The notes below the pieces were generated by a model that was not told the DNA's origin, searched no databases, and saw nothing but the letters and a program-made list of their open reading frames with translations. From Schmidtea polychroa (taxonomy: Eukaryota): DNA of 60,000 nucleotides. Position numbers and translations under genes: made by a program. The first letter of the stretch is position 1. The number at the start of each line of letters is the position of its first letter. The stretch lies in NCBI GenBank assembly GCA_044892525.1, contig CM097885.1, forward strand, positions 1,800,001-1,860,000, written 5' to 3'. Shown piece after piece: positions 1-16,652 of the stretch.

Positions 1-439
1 GGTTTGGGATGTCATGGTGATTTTGACACTTAAATATATTAGAATTGGATCCAGACCTTTTCAATGATTGATAGACTCGACATTAACTCTTGATCATAAA
101 TTACTTGTCAAATTAAATAAATCTTTTAAATATGAAGTAGTTCAAAGCTTCATAAACTTGTTCGAATTCAACAAATCGTTGATGAAATTATCGAGTTGGA
201 TGATATTTCTAAATGATATTAACATTACAGAATTTAACATGCTCACTGTTTCGATTCTCCATAGGCAAATGTGCATTAAATAGAAATGCAAATCCAAGAT
301 CATCTGGAATAAGAAAGAATTAAAATTTCTACATGTTCAAAACACTAATAATTGTGAACTTTGTAATGTAAATATTGAAGAATATCATTTTGTAAATATT
401 TAATGTTGTATGGATCAAGTTTTCCCATTTGACTATACG

Positions 440-497
<58 letters not shown>

Positions 498-1926
498 TCC
501 CGGAACAATAAAAGAAATACGCCGTGTGCTCAATATGAAATTTTGATTTTTCTAAAATAAAGTTTTTTCTTAAATTGAAATTTGATCATTAGGGTTGTTT
601 TATACGTTGGTTTAATCGTAAGGTAAATAAATTTTCAAAAAACAAAATGACGATTAAAACAATTTATCTATTATATAGGACCACATTAAATCGAAGGAGA
701 TAATTTCATTGACTTAGGGGAAATAATGACTTAAAATTGATAGACGTGCTATTTTCTTATTTGATAGGTATCACCAATAGGGTAAAGTTATTTTTTGACA
801 TTCTGTCATAGGTGACTCTAGCATCGTCATGTATATTTTATGCTTAGAAATATTTTGTTTAAATTAGATTTAATTAGTATGGCTCGGATGGATAAATTCT
901 ACAAAGATGTGACGCGGTACACTATAGAAGTGGCTATCCAAGTCAAGACAGCCGAGTCTCTTGTAAGAAAATGTAGATGAATGGAAGGTACTTGATTCAG
1001 ACCGAAACAGGTACGAAAACTCCATCAAAAGATTGAAGATCTAAAGAAAGACCAATGAACAATTAGAAATAATAAAATAACTATTCTGAAGCAAGCTCAG
1101 AGAATTATAGATCTCTGGGCGCGAAATCATATTAACGCCGTCTCTTACAACGAGTTTGTACATCACCATCATATGTATCATCATGGGTACATATGTCGGA
1201 ACACATTAGTCATGTAGCGTTTAACCAAGAGCTGATACACACAATTTGAATTATCTTTTCGTTTCTCCCCGTAAATGCCAATAATAATAATGATAATAAT
1301 CATAGTGATTGTAATGGTCATGGTGGCACCATAAGAAGGAGGCGTATATCATTTGCCTAACTGAAGGATCACACAATACATAGATCCAAGCCTTAAAAAG
1401 AAGCCGATAACGACATGTTGAAATATTTTTTTTAATTTATTTAGTTCAAACAAATGAATAATTATTTTAAATATTTTCACGATGTTCCGTGGATAGCTTT
1501 CTTCATCTCGTTGATGGAATATCAAATGTTCGAGTTGGTTGAAATCAATAGAAATGGTGTACCAACCATCAAGGAGAGTAATTATGAGTATAAACGAACT
1601 ATAGAAAGATAATCGGATCAATGCATTATCAAGGGTTTCCAAGTTTCACTAGTGAAGCTCAGCCTTTGCTGACGACCGCCCATTTGAAAAAGTATTGCAA
1701 TTGCCTTGCAGTGAATTTCAAATGGTCTTTGAAGTTGCGTTGGAATATGGAAATTGAGTCAATCACAAAAAAGAACATTAGGAGAAAATGAATTTAGAAA
1801 AAGAAATTAATCAAATAGAAAAAGGTTCGGGAGCAGCCATCAACGGAGCGGATCAGTTGAATATAATTTATTTATTTTGCATTTATATAACTGTACATTT
1901 TATATGATTCTATAATTTTGTTAAGT

Positions 1927-2833
1927 TATTGGGTTGGTGACAATGTGTGTTTTATTAATTTGTTTTATTAATTCACAAATTAACACTCTCGAACACGATA
2001 AGCTTTATTAATATCCACACGGGATTGTACAAATTTCAATTACAACCAATTAACTATAAACCAATTTATCACACAGAGCTTATTGCGACACTACGTGAAG
2101 AATAGCCCTTTCTGTAACCACAACAATAATCATTAGCCGTCAACCACTCAATTGCAGGATACGTTGATTCTATTTGCCTTGACCACAAATTTATTTACTC
2201 CCCTTCCACTTTATATTCAATTTTATAAGATTATCGTCACTTCTCGTTTCACTGTGTTCTGAACTCTGTTTAATTCTCCCTTTAATTGCTCCTTCTTAAC
2301 TCTCTAAATTTAACTCTCCTTTCAACTCTCGTTTTTCTTCTCTCGTTGTCTCGGTTTTTGTCTCTAATTTTGTCTGATTCTAACTTCTGTGTTTTCCCTT
2401 TTATAGCTTGCTTTATTTGTGGCACTAGAGATAATCAAGTGTTTTCCACTTTTTTTCTCTTGCATTTACCCGACTGTTTCCGTTTTATCTCTGACATATG
2501 TCGAAATATTTTTCCCTTTTCCTTTTTCGTTAAGCCTCTTTCTACCGGTATTTCCGCTATCTTTGACAAGCAGTCAAGATACGGCATTTTCTCATATTTT
2601 GTTTTTCCGGAATTTGAAATTCCTTTTCTCCTTTGTACTAATTAATTAGTACTGACCTTGGTTTTTGTTTTCTTTTCTAATTTCTTTTGTTTCCTTCCTC
2701 TTTCTCATTTCTCATTTTTTTTACTTCCGTTTTCTTTTCAGAGTTCCCATAGATCGTCCCGTTTGTCCTGACATTCTTCCCCCAGGTAATTTATTTATTT
2801 ATTATGCTATTTATAATTTAGGTATCCTCAACA
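1927..2833 (-). mobile_element. Probable degraded solo LTR
   Basis: Ends TATTGGG...CCTCAACA resemble the TGTTGGG...CCCAACA ends of other solo LTRs in the window; strong strand skew; no clean TSD. Confidence 0.35.
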
Positions 2834-2845
2834 ATTTATTATTAA

Positions 2846-3026
2846 CCGTTTGCGGACGGTAGGCCAGCACTGCTGGCCACGAATTTTATTCCAGACGTTC
2901 TACAATGTATAATGTCGAGCTGTGCTGGCCAAACTTTAAAAAAATCATACCACGATATCGGTCATTCGTATACTAAATAATTATGATAAATATATACTAC
3001 TTATTAAAATTAATTCCGTCCGCAAA
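2846..3026. mobile_element. Small inverted-repeat element, possibly piggyBac-type MITE remnant
   Basis: TTAA followed by CCGTTTGCGGACGG; inverted CCGTCCGCAAA at 3016-3026; right end incomplete. Confidence 0.3.
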
Positions 3027-3050
3027 TTATTATTATTACACACCCTACAA

Positions 3051-3594
3051 CAGGGATATTCAACTGGCGGCCCGCGGGCCTGATCAGGCGCGCCGAAATT
3101 TGAAAAAGGCCCTTTCAATATCTTGGAATATTACACATATATAAAAATATTTGGTGATATCTTGGGAATTGGGAATTCGTGTAAATTGAGATAGTTTTGC
3201 AATAAAAAAACTTGCAAAAAACACCAAAGTATTGAAAATGTGTTTGTAAGTTTGAATAGGAAACGGGGTTTACTTAATATTTAATAAAATTAATATGTGT
3301 TTAAGTGGCTGTGATCATTTAAATTTCTTGGAAAATGCGTCTAACACCAGAAAAATTAAAAGAAAAAATGGCAATAAAGTTATTAATTTAAAATGCGCCA
3401 GGAAAATACATAATAATATAAAAATAAATGGTAAACATTATAATACTTGGTAATAGAATAACAATCACTAAAACCAGTTTATTTTTGTTACTTTGTAATC
3501 CGCTACAAAACTAACTACTTTTTAATTGATACGGCCCTCGATTGCCGTTATAAGAAAAATTTGGCCCTTCATAATATTTAGTTGAATACCCATG
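3051..3594. mobile_element. hAT-type MITE (544 bp)
   Basis: TIRs CAGGGATATTCAACT / AGTTGAATACCCATG; perfect 8-bp TSD CCCTACAA (3043-3050, 3595-3602). Confidence 0.9.
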
Positions 3595-3602
3595 CCCTAC
3601 AA

Positions 3603-5366
<1,764 letters not shown>

Positions 5367-5468
5367 TTATTAATATGATTCTTATTATTCTTATTATTGA
5401 TATTTATAATAATTATTAGTATCATTATTTTTTATTATTATTTAATATTATTATTATTATTAATAATA

Positions 5469-5681
5469 CACTCATACCTTGCTTTACGGCCTAGATACGT
5501 TCCAGGAAAGTTGGCCGCAAAGCGAAACGCCGCATAACGAATCAAATATGATTTTGATACAATTCCATAAATTCAATAGGATTTTTGGCCGTATAACGAA
5601 ACATTTTAGGCCGTAAATCGAAAAACTGCCGTAATTAAAGTAGGCCGTTATAGCGAAAAGCCGTATAGCGAGGTATGAGTG
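5469..5681. mobile_element. Tc1/mariner (pogo/Tigger-like) MITE, 213 bp
   Basis: TIRs CACTCATACCT..TACGGC / GCCGTA..AGGTATGAGTG, flanked by TA on both sides. Confidence 0.85.
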
Positions 5682-5682
5682 T

Positions 5683-5699
5683 ATTATTATTATTATTAA

Positions 5700-5739
<40 letters not shown>

Positions 5740-5756
5740 GTTATTATTATTATTAA

Positions 5757-5799
<43 letters not shown>

Positions 5800-5840
5800 G
5801 TTATTATTATTATTATTATTATTAATATTATTATTATTTA

Positions 5841-5878
<38 letters not shown>

Positions 5879-5895
5879 GTTATTATTATTATTAA

Positions 5896-5929
<34 letters not shown>

Positions 5930-5973
5930 GTTATTATTATTATTATTATTATTATTAATATTATTATTATTTA

Positions 5974-6026
<53 letters not shown>

Positions 6027-6061
6027 GTTATTATTATTATTATTAATATTATTATTATTTA

Positions 6062-6150
<89 letters not shown>
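5683..6150. repeat. (TTA)n microsatellite
   Basis: Direct inspection. Confidence 0.95.
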
Positions 6151-6152
<2 letters not shown>

Positions 6153-7131
6153 AAATAATAATGTAAAGGAAAGTATTGCTCATTCAATATTCCAGCTTTA
6201 TATCAAATTATATTAAACAACCCCATTTAACCCCCTCCGTCATTTTCAAAATATTTATTTTCTGTTTAATAGAATAAAATTATTATTAGTGCAACGGCTT
6301 GTGATTGGATAAATCTCCCGTTTGCTGTGAGGCGTGACGGATTGACAGAATTAATAAATAAATATTTATGGTAGGTTGCGTTATTGCTGCGTTATAGTTG
6401 CGTTATTTGATCTCGTGTCCCAATGCATGCGGTCAATGCGGGCAATATTTCATCTTTGGGAATATATCAATTCCTTTATCCCATCTCATTCGTGGATATT
6501 TGTTGACATAAACAAATCGATATTGATGGCATCGTAGAACGGGTCGATTCATTGTGCGACGGTGACTGAATGAACAATATGCAAAGCATGTAAACTGAAT
6601 CATTATTATCCGCCACCGCCACTGCCTCAATGGCAATCTGCTGTGTGTGTGCTTGTGTGTGAGTCAGCATAGGAGTAATGAAATGACAGCATGATGGCAG
6701 TATACACAACTGCATGTGTGTGTGTGTGTGCATGCGTGTAAGCGTGCGACTGTCAGCTCTCAGATGGAATTAATACGTACGTAGTTGACATATAGAACAT
6801 GAGGACATAATTTCTCTGCCCAAATATCATGACGCATCATTAATGTGATTGGCGGGAAGCAAATCGTCACGAGCTGAGCAAATGAATATTCATCCTCAGT
6901 AGACTAAGCAATTGTAGCCATCGTGAAATAAGGTCACAGTAGTAGTAATAGGCCTTGTGTAACACAACTGATAAGCAACCATTCATTTTCTGCGATTCTC
7001 ATTGGTCGGTTCATTTTCAAATCACTGTTAACCTAGCGAGCTGTAACAAAGACTGTTGTCAGAATTGCGCTTTTTCAAACAATTCTACATAGACGACGAT
7101 TGTATAAACAAAATTTGTGCTGATTAGTGCC

Positions 7132-10100
7132 ATGTTTATGTCCGAGGTCAACTATACGTCAATGGAATCTTCACCGCAAGAGGAAATTTCTAACTCTGAT
7201 GTGGAAAATGTTGCCATGAGTCCTGATAATAATCGAATTGATGTTGTTAACGTTGAACAGTTGCCTTTTGATGATCAATCATCTGTGAAGAGCGGTAGAA
7301 CTGGAGATTGTTCGCGCAGTTGGACTATGGAAAAAGTTCAAGTTGGATATGATATCACTCGCAAAGGTAATAAGAGATTGTCATAATTAGTTATTGAAAA
7401 CCAAGTTCAGGAGAACGAAGTCTAGTAGTTGATGGATTTAAATTTACTAAATCCAGGGATGGAACTAACAATCGGGTGTTTTGGAGATGTTCAAGGCGAG
7501 AATGCAAAGCCACAGCGGTTACTGTATGTGATCGTGTAGAACATGTAAGGGCAATTCATGCTCATGAGCCTCCTTTGGCTGCTGAATTTTTTGGAAGTCA
7601 AGAAGGAGTATCTCAAAGATGTCAGCTGCAAGAAGTTCGATTTAATACTAGTGCAGCAAACATGCGACCCAGATATCGAAGGTCTACAGTGTCTGGATCG
7701 GAAGGTGGCAATGCAGAAGAATCATCCTCTGTTAAAGACATATCCAATTCAAATGGTATCAAAATCGAAAAGAAACCCGTTAATCAAGTAAACTGCTTTC
7801 AAAATTGTATTAGTATTAATTATAATGATAATTTGAAGAATGTTACAAATTCTAAGCCCTTGATCAGCTTGGTATCAGCACAACCAGTCTTCCAAATCCA
7901 CAATGCCGATAAAAAGCATGCGTGCTCCCCGTGTAACGGATTACAAAAAACCCCATCAGTCAAAGAACAAGTTCGAGATTTTATTCTCCGGAATTCAAAT
8001 ATTCAGCCGCAAAGTCAGACAGAAAATAACGTGTCTGTTGCTCAATTCCTGATTTCACCAGCTTCCCAAACGCAATTTATTCAAACTAATACAACTCCGC
8101 TTAATTCAGCAAACAGCGCAACCGGATCAACAATATTCAATTTTAGTACAATGCAGATCAACGCATCTCCAAATACAGGATCAGATTCGACAAGTGAGGC
8201 GCCGAGTCACAAATCAACACCGGGAGGCCTCATGTGAGCACTGATTTATGGATTAATTGATGATAAATTGCTGTTGGTTTGTTGTGTCTCGAATCGACTT
8301 TCTCTGTGGCCAATGAATGCTCGTTGTCACTGATTCATGTGACCACGTGATTTGTATGTGTGTGTGGATCTGTCATTGCACACATACATGACCTGGTGAG
8401 GCTGGCTGCTTGTTGTTGTTGTTGTTTTGTGTGTGTGGCTGTGTTGCTGCGGCTGCTGAATGAGTGAGTGAGTGAGACAGTGAGTGGGTGAGCGCAGTTG
8501 TGTGCATGTAGTGGTGTATTTGCACTGATTGCTGCTGATGCACACAATCACCGAGACAACACACCTCAATATTGGACAATTATAGAACTAGTATCAAGAT
8601 GATGGACACTGCCACAGATAATGTCGATGGTCTGTACAAATTCTGTGCAAAATTGGTTCTCATATCAATTTGATTTTTGATGTTGCTGCCAAGGCCTTGC
8701 AATTGTGCTTTAATTTAATTGATCAGGCACATTGAAGCATTTATCGAATGTGAGCGCTTTTTGGCTTGTTCTCTCTTTGACAGCAAATGGGGAATTTGGC
8801 GCCGCTTGAGCTTGATCGGTTCAATATTGTCAATGGATCATTGGAATTGGCAATTGATTTCATTTGTCTTTTCATATAGTTGTTGAATTTCTAATTCCCA
8901 TGGGATTTGTGGGGCGGGGGGGCATCATTTTACATGATAAGCTTATTGATAGGGAATTGCTTGTTGTGAATGCATAATATTGCATTAGATTGTTGCATAT
9001 ATGAGATATAAGTGATGGAATTGGGGCATTGACTGATCCCTCATCCGCCATTCCTTTACCTACCTGCCCAAATGCCAACCCATACCAATCCATTGAATTA
9101 TCACCTTGATGAGCCATATCATCATTACTTTATCCCATCAACATATTACCCATCATTATTTATTATATTCCATGTTAACAGAAACCTACCGACGACTCCC
9201 CGTGATGATACGCAATACAAAAGCAAAATGAACAGTGATTGTTCCGGCATTAATCAACTGAATCTTGAACAAATCATTCAAATCTTATTGAACAAAAGCG
9301 GACCTGACCGACAGCGTTCCAGTTCTGACAGCGAGTGGATGGCGGGCAACTCGAGTAGCACTGTGTCGTATGAGCATGAATCGCATGAATTGTCTCCATG
9401 TCCAATGGCCGGTTAGTGAGAATATTTCTATGTATATGGCTGATGCTGGTGCTGGTGCTGGTGCTGGTGCTGGTGCTGGTGCTGGTGCTGGTCATTGCAA
9501 TGGTTATGTTGCTGGCGATGGATTGTGCCCACTGTCAACACATGCTATCCAATGTGCTACCCAACCCATCTCACCCCACCCCACCTTTTCTACATTCTAC
9601 ATTTTCATTGACAGTTACCATTTCAGCGCCTCCTTTATCCGCCGATGATCAGAATTACATTGCTGCTAGCATTTCCCACCAATCGGCAGCGACTCCTACT
9701 CGACTGATTCACTGGAAAAAGGAGAAATTGCGGGAATCTGAGTCATCTGACGAATTGTTCCGCCGTGAACGCAAGCGACGGCATGAAGATATCAACAGTA
9801 ATAATTGCAATGCAATGATCGGACTTGGTGGATCATGCTTACCGGAATTGCGTGCTGCGGTCGGGGCGAGCTGTGGGGGTGATTCCATGCCAGCAAATGC
9901 AGCGAATGCAGTTAATGCAGCAACAGCCGCAACAGCGGCATCAAATGAGCTGTTTTCATTCCTCAATTCATTCCGTCCGACAATCACTCACAAACTGATG
10001 GGAGTGATGCAGAAACTGTCATCAGAATTGTGTCCAGAAGAAGCGGTAGCCCAGGAAGTGTTTGAGAAATGCACAGCAATCAAGACCTGCCTGGAAACAT

Positions 10101-10132
10101 TGGAGAAATTGCATTCTCTCATGAGCTGCTGA
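7132..10132 (+). CDS. FLYWCH-type zinc-finger protein, 4 exons (7132-7366, 7411-8233, 9182-9411, 9627-10132), ~597 aa
   Basis: Splicing gives TRKGERSLVVDGFKFTKSRDGTNNRVFWRCSRRECKATAVT...HAHEP (FLYWCH motif); all three GT-AG introns are phase-compatible (1,2,1); total 1794 nt is a multiple of 3. Confidence 0.8.
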
Positions 10133-10601
10133 GTTAAACAATTCTATTTTTGCATTGGGTGCCTTGTTGATAGGAATGTTGTCTTTATTTTTATATGCTC
10201 TTATTATTAACATTTTACTATTACTACTACTATTATCATGACCTTGACCTTGACCTTGACCTTGACATTTACTCCTACTCTCAATATCTCTCCCTCCTTT
10301 CCGTAATGATCACTCTGGACTTCCTCTTTTTGCATTTACTGCCTTTTGTACATATTTTTACATTTGTTATAACGGCTATTTTTCAGATCAGGCCCCCCTG
10401 ATGCCGGGCGGCGCAGTCGTTTATTATTTTTGTACTAACTTTTTGATGAAGTTTTGTACTGTTTTGTTTATTTAGGGTTTTTTATTTATAATTCCATTGT
10501 TATTATGAATATATAAATATTCGTTTTTATACGGTTGGCGTTGTGCTTTCTGTTATTTGATGTGTGTGTGTGTGTGTGTGTATTTTATGGTGGCATTGAT
10601 G

Positions 10602-10925
10602 GCGGCTATGGTGATGGTGGGTTGATTGAGGCTATGGTGATGATGGGCTGATTGAGGCTATGGTGATGATGGCCTGATTGAGGCTATGGTGATGATGGGC
10701 TGATTGAGGCTATGGTGATGATGGCCTGGTTGAGGCTATGGTGATGATGGGCTGATTGAGGCTATGGTGATGATGGCCTGATTGAGGCTATGGTGATGAT
10801 GGGCTGATTGAGGCTATGGTGATGATGGCCTGATTGAGGCTATGGTGATGATGGCCTGGTTGAAGCTATGGTGATGATGGATTAATTGAGGCTATGGTGA
10901 TCGTATATTGATTGAAGGTTATGGG
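10602..10925. repeat. 26-bp minisatellite, ~12 copies (GAGGCTATGGTGATGATGGGCTGATT)
   Basis: Direct tandem repeat without spacers. Confidence 0.95.
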
Positions 10926-12607
10926 GATAGTATGACACCGTTGATATCACTGGCAGAGATCAGTTTTATCACCACTGCTAACGATACTTATGTTCATACT
11001 TGTACATGGATTACTCCACACTACATTCTATTATTGCAATCAAGCGCTGGTGGCGTCACTGACTGCTAACTGGCACATTTGCTGATATTTATGCCGCATT
11101 GCTGTTGTTGCAAGATTTGATGCTGACTACGTTGACTCAGCACCGCTTCTATCACTTCATCAGGACACAGTCTGCTTGCTAATATTCACCACATGTTTAT
11201 CACTAGTGATATACAATAGCAACAGCAGTCTACAATAATTCTATTTCAATAGCCTTTATCAGACGATAATCCTGTTGTTTCATTCAAATTGTGGAGAATT
11301 CTGACAGCACTTCACTTATTTCCCATGTTCAATATTTCGTATTTGATTGTTACCAATCGCCCCCCTCCCCCGGTCACCCCCTTATTTCATGTGTATGATT
11401 TATAGATGCCTCGGAATGCGCCGCCTGGGACAATAATTGGTTAGGGTTATGACTGCAACCTGACTGCCAATTTCATTGATTCACAAGGCCAGCAAAATAT
11501 AAGAATTGCACATATTTCAGTCTGCAAATATTAGCATCAGCTGCTGCACATGTCTATGAGAAATCGGCGAAAACTGAGTCGATCGATAGAAGGGTGACTA
11601 ACGACCAGAAATGGCTACCAGACTGTTTCAGTACATTTGTAATGCTCATCTACAAGTTTCATCAGATAAAGAGTGCGCGTTACTCTGGACAATGTCAACA
11701 TTTCTGTTTTTGCGTGTATCAACAGGACTAATGCGTCTGACTAATGTAAGTCAAACGGACAGCGTACAATGCGCATTTCAAGAGTGTCGCACTCGGCTGT
11801 TGCTGCTGCTGCTAATGCTGCTACGACTGATGTTAATGATGGCAGCAGACTGGCCGTGGTGATATTTGCATTGAAACTATTCATTGATAAGGCCACTCTA
11901 TCGCTAATGTTCATAAAAATAGAAATATTATTCAATGATTTGATGGTGCTTAACGTTACCGAAATATTCACAGAGCACAATAGAAGTGCACCAATCGATG
12001 CTGATCAATAACCCGACTGGTGAAATCTGAACATAGACAATCGAGTTCGAATAAACAAATTATCATTCTAAATCCGTCTGTATATTGAATATCGGGTGCC
12101 TGTCGGTCCCAGTCGGGGTTGCACCCGGAAGCGAATTTTGACTTGTTTTGCGTTTAACTTTCCGTTCTATTTGATTTTATCGAATTCTAATATATTTTAT
12201 TCCACTGCGTTTGTGGCACTTCATAGAGCTTGCCCCAACCTAAGGCTTTGCTCATAATACCAAAAATAAGGCGTATAGCATCTCATATATTGAATATCAG
12301 CTGTACATAAAGATATATATCCGCCGCTATTGCGAAGGATATCCTTACATCCGCCACCCGTGGATATTTGCGCTCATATTCCTATCCAGTATCCAGTAAT
12401 CCCCTTCCCCTCCCTCCCCCCCAATCACTGGATCTATCTTTGTGCTTTTCTTTAACAAATTTACCGATGAAAAAACATTTATTAAAAATCGCTAAATAAT
12501 AAAATTTAGCAGTTAATATTTTCGATTTCTTATTTATATTTTTCATAAAAATGCTAATTATTGCGATGGCAACGTGCTGGAATAAGAGATAATATATTCA
12601 GTATATA

Positions 12608-12648
<41 letters not shown>

Positions 12649-13470
12649 CTAAGCTCATCTCCATCATTTGGCATCATCCAATGAGAGCACGCGCGTAAAG
12701 GCGAGTAGTAAAATTCGCGAATGAAAAATAATTAAATTAATAATCTGTTCATTGTATAATAAATTATTTGAGCAGAGTTATAAATGCTGCAAAATATATA
12801 TAGAAATGAAATGAACTACATTTCTAATTATATTTCTCTTTTCATTCTATCTTCGATCTTTTTTTAATTCAATAATTTTCATATTAATGATTGTAAGACA
12901 GATCAAACCAATATATTAAAACAATATTAGGTGCAAAATACACAATTGATAAAGCCTCTCCCACCAAGCGATTGAGAAGCCCGCAACCGATAAACAAAGA
13001 AAAACAAAAGATTTATTTCTGAAATTTTGTATGTTTATATCCAGTGATCCATTATTTATTTATTTCAGTTTTTCCTATTCCATTTTGAATTTTATATTTA
13101 CCCATTTTCTTTTTATTTTATTTAATTTTAACCACATTCATTTACCATATTTTTTCACTCTACTTTGTCATCAGAGCCATCTTTCCAATATTTCGGTCTA
13201 GGTGACTCATTTGACCGGGGGTTGCATGATATGCGCTCACTTATTGGCATGGGATCCACATTAATATGGCTTCCCATTTTCATTATTACATTTCAATGTC
13301 TTAACCCCTTGGGTAGTTCATCCATGTCGAGATTTGGTGCTTAAAGGATTTTTGGTTTGATGGATATTTGGAAGAGCGAATCCAATTCTATCAAAACTAG
13401 CCTCTGTGTCTAATATGAACATTGAACAGCCTATGAAAATCCTGATTTTGTGCATTTCCTAAATCTTAAG

Positions 13471-16400
13471 CAGCGCCGGTTCGAGATAATTATACGCCTC
13501 AGGTGAAAATTATAAAAAGCGCCCTATTTTAAAAATTAGGTACAAAAATTATGATAAAATAAAAAAGTTTAACAAAAAACAATCCATTTATTACTTTATT
13601 TCATTTTTTTCGATTGACATATATATAAAAAAACAGAATTTATAAGAATGATTTTTTCCTGGCTTTCATGTCTGCAAATTTTTCTATTGCTGCCTCCAAA
13701 TTTAGGTTTGCTACAACATTATTTTCAATTGAAATAATGGCCAAATTATTCAACCTATCTTCCGTCATAGTAGATCGCAAATACGTTTTTATTAGTTTTA
13801 ATTTACTAAAACTTCTTTCACCACTCGCAACACTAACAGGAATTGTTACGAGGATTCGTAAAGCCACCCACAGATTTGGTACTGTACTTTTCAAATTATT
13901 ATCATTGATAAATTGTAAACATATTAAAGGATCTTTAACATCATCTGGTACCAATTGGTTCAATGATTCGATTTCCTCGCACAATTCTATTCCATTTATA
14001 TCACTACTGGCCTCATTTGTTAATTTCAGATGTAAATCTTTGCAACTCTTCAGCAAATCACAACGATTTTTATTATTGTGAATATTGAACAAAAAACCCC
14101 ACGAATCTTCGAAATCTTTCATTTGCTGAAACCTTTCTGATATAGATATCAACGATTGATCCAGCATAACATTAAAAACATGATTTTTATAATATTTTTC
14201 TGGGTCATTTACATCTGGAGTTTCATCGTCACACTCATAACTAAATTGTTTTTGTCGCCTTCTGATTCTTACAGCTTTAAATTGTGCGTTCACGTTTAAT
14301 AGCGCAGCGAGATCTTTGGCCGATTTTAAAGCATCAGAAAAACCGGAGTCTCTATAATTTTCTAGAAAAATCTTACAATTCCGAAGAAGCTCGATGGCGT
14401 TACTCAAATCAAATGCAGCTTTTTGCATGGATTTGCTGACAATATTAAATTTTGACAAAAGTACGTACCAGACAGATAATGTTAACAAAAACTCGAAATC
14501 TTCTATTTTTTCAGATAAAGAGCTAGCTTCTGAAACAACTGCAGCATCTAATATTGTGTCTTGCAACTCATTTAATGCGTTTCTAATTTCCGTGATTTCA
14601 AACATTATTGCTTTAATGCATTCGATTCTACATTCCCACCTCGTTTCACTTAAAGGTTTAGGATTTAATGATTTAATATGTTTTTTCAATATATTCCATC
14701 GTCCAACAGATGCAGTAAACAAAGTATAAATTCTTTGAACATATCCGAAAAAATTTATGCACATTATTGAAGAAGAAACACTATCACCAATTAGTAGGTT
14801 AATTGAGTGACAACCGCAAGGCATAAAAAACGCTCTTGGATTTTCTTTTAAAATTCTAGCTTGCACTCCTTTAATTTTACCTTTCATATTAGCGCCGTTA
14901 TCATATCCTTGGCCTCTACAGTTTGCTAATTCCAAATTGAATTCTTCTAAACTTTCAGAAATATCATCATATAATCCTTTTCCAGTAGAATCAAAAACTG
15001 GTTTAAAGGATACAAAATGCTCTTTTATTTTCATATCCTCAACATCATAAAATCTTAACGTTATGGAGAGCTGTTCGATATGGCTTATGTCAGGTGTGCA
15101 GTCTAAAATAATTGAAAAATATTTCGATTTACGAACAGAATCCAAAATATGACTTCTTGTCATATCACCAAGTGTACTTATTAATTCGTTTTGTATAGTT
15201 TTTCCACAATAATGAACATGAATTTCTTGTGAGACCACCCTGCGCAAATGCTCATTTAATGGTAAATCAAATTTTCCTAGAAGTTCAACAAGGCCTAAAA
15301 AATTCCCATTATGCGGAACAAATAACTTATCACAAGAACCCCGAAATGCTAAATTATTTTTTGACAAAAATAATGTTATGTTTATCAATCTTTCTAGTAC
15401 CTTTTTCCAATTATATTTTTCTTGGACTATCAAAAACTGCAAATTCTTATCAATAGTTTTATTGCCTTTTAATCTTAATCGAGTTTCTATCTAGTTATTT
15501 TCACATTTTAAATGTGAAACTGACCGTTCGTGCATTTTCAAGCTGTCGTGAATATTTTTCCAATCCCATAAACCAGATTTGGCTAGATTTGACCTACCTG
15601 ATGGATCAAAAAGTTTGCAAAAAAACAAAATACAGGATTCTGAATAGTGCAACCATTTTCTTAGGAATTTTTCACCATTACTTATTTGACGATAAAAAAG
15701 CGAATTGGAAAAACTTCGATTATTTTTATCTCTTGGATAAATATGTGGTTGATTACACCTTTCTTCGTTTCCATATAAGTCAGTTACAACTATATGGTCA
15801 ATTTCCGTATGTTTTAAATTTTGTGGCCATAGCCCAATATCATTATAATTTAAAATATTTTCAAATACAGAATGAGTTGAATCACTAGGAACAATTATTT
15901 CAGTTCCGTGAGAAGACATTAAATTATCCTCATTGATAATATTACAATTTTCAGCTTCTGATGACACATTACCTATATCGTCCTCTGAGCTTGAAGATGT
16001 TGACTCGAAATGTTGATTATCATCGGCTACTGATTTACTGGAATTAAAATATTTCAATATTTTATCGTGCTTATCAGCTTGTTGTTGTCTATTTATTTTT
16101 CGTTTCCGATATTCATACCCACTCAATTTTTTTGGTGGCATCTTAGCTATGGCATAAATTTATATAAATATATTATATATTTTCCAATATATTTTTAAAA
16201 AATGATCTTAATCTTACCTTACCTCTTATATATTTATATTTTTAAAACAGAATAGGAATACAAATTTAATTTGAACAAACTGCAACAACACATTAGTTAC
16301 ACACTTGAAACAAAAAAATTGTTAAAAGAAAACTGGTAGCTATAGCTGTTAATTTAACTCGCACATCAGTTTTTGTAATACATACATATAATTTTTTTTT

Positions 16401-16652
16401 ATTTCAATTTTCAATACATATCAGAATTTCTCAGAATTGGAAATTCGTATATTTTGCATGTACTTTTTTTTTTGTTTTTTCTTATTTTCAATTTTGTTTA
16501 AAACGGTTGGTTTCATAGATAAATTTCAAAATATAAAGTTTTGGAGGCTTATTTTATAATTTACTTTGATTGTTTATAATAAATTTTGGCGCCCTCTAAA
16601 AAAAGGCGCCCTAGGCTATGGCCAAGGTCGCCTGGCCCTTGGGCCGGGCCTG
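13471..16652 (-). mobile_element. Full-length hAT DNA transposon (ZMYM1-like transposase)
   Basis: 8-bp TSD ATCTTAAG (13463-13470, 16653-16660); imperfect TIRs CAGCGCCGG / CCGGGCCTG. Confidence 0.92.
13640..16141 (-). pseudogene. hAT transposase with one premature in-frame TAG at 15491-15493
   Basis: ORFs 15491-16141 and 13640-15442 are in one frame with 16 open codons between them; motifs SIILDCTPD, GQGYDNGANM, CxxH, TRW, ERSFSKLKLIK. Confidence 0.88.

Noticed and set aside
5635..6216. Poly-L/I/N/Y ORFs (also 345-533, 38241-38504, 53537-53731)
   Set aside because: Translations of microsatellites
11400..12050. Possible exons of a further host gene (also 1-1800 and 59500-59960)
   Set aside because: Splice-like signals and higher GC are present, but I could not build a consistent reading frame or recognise a domain
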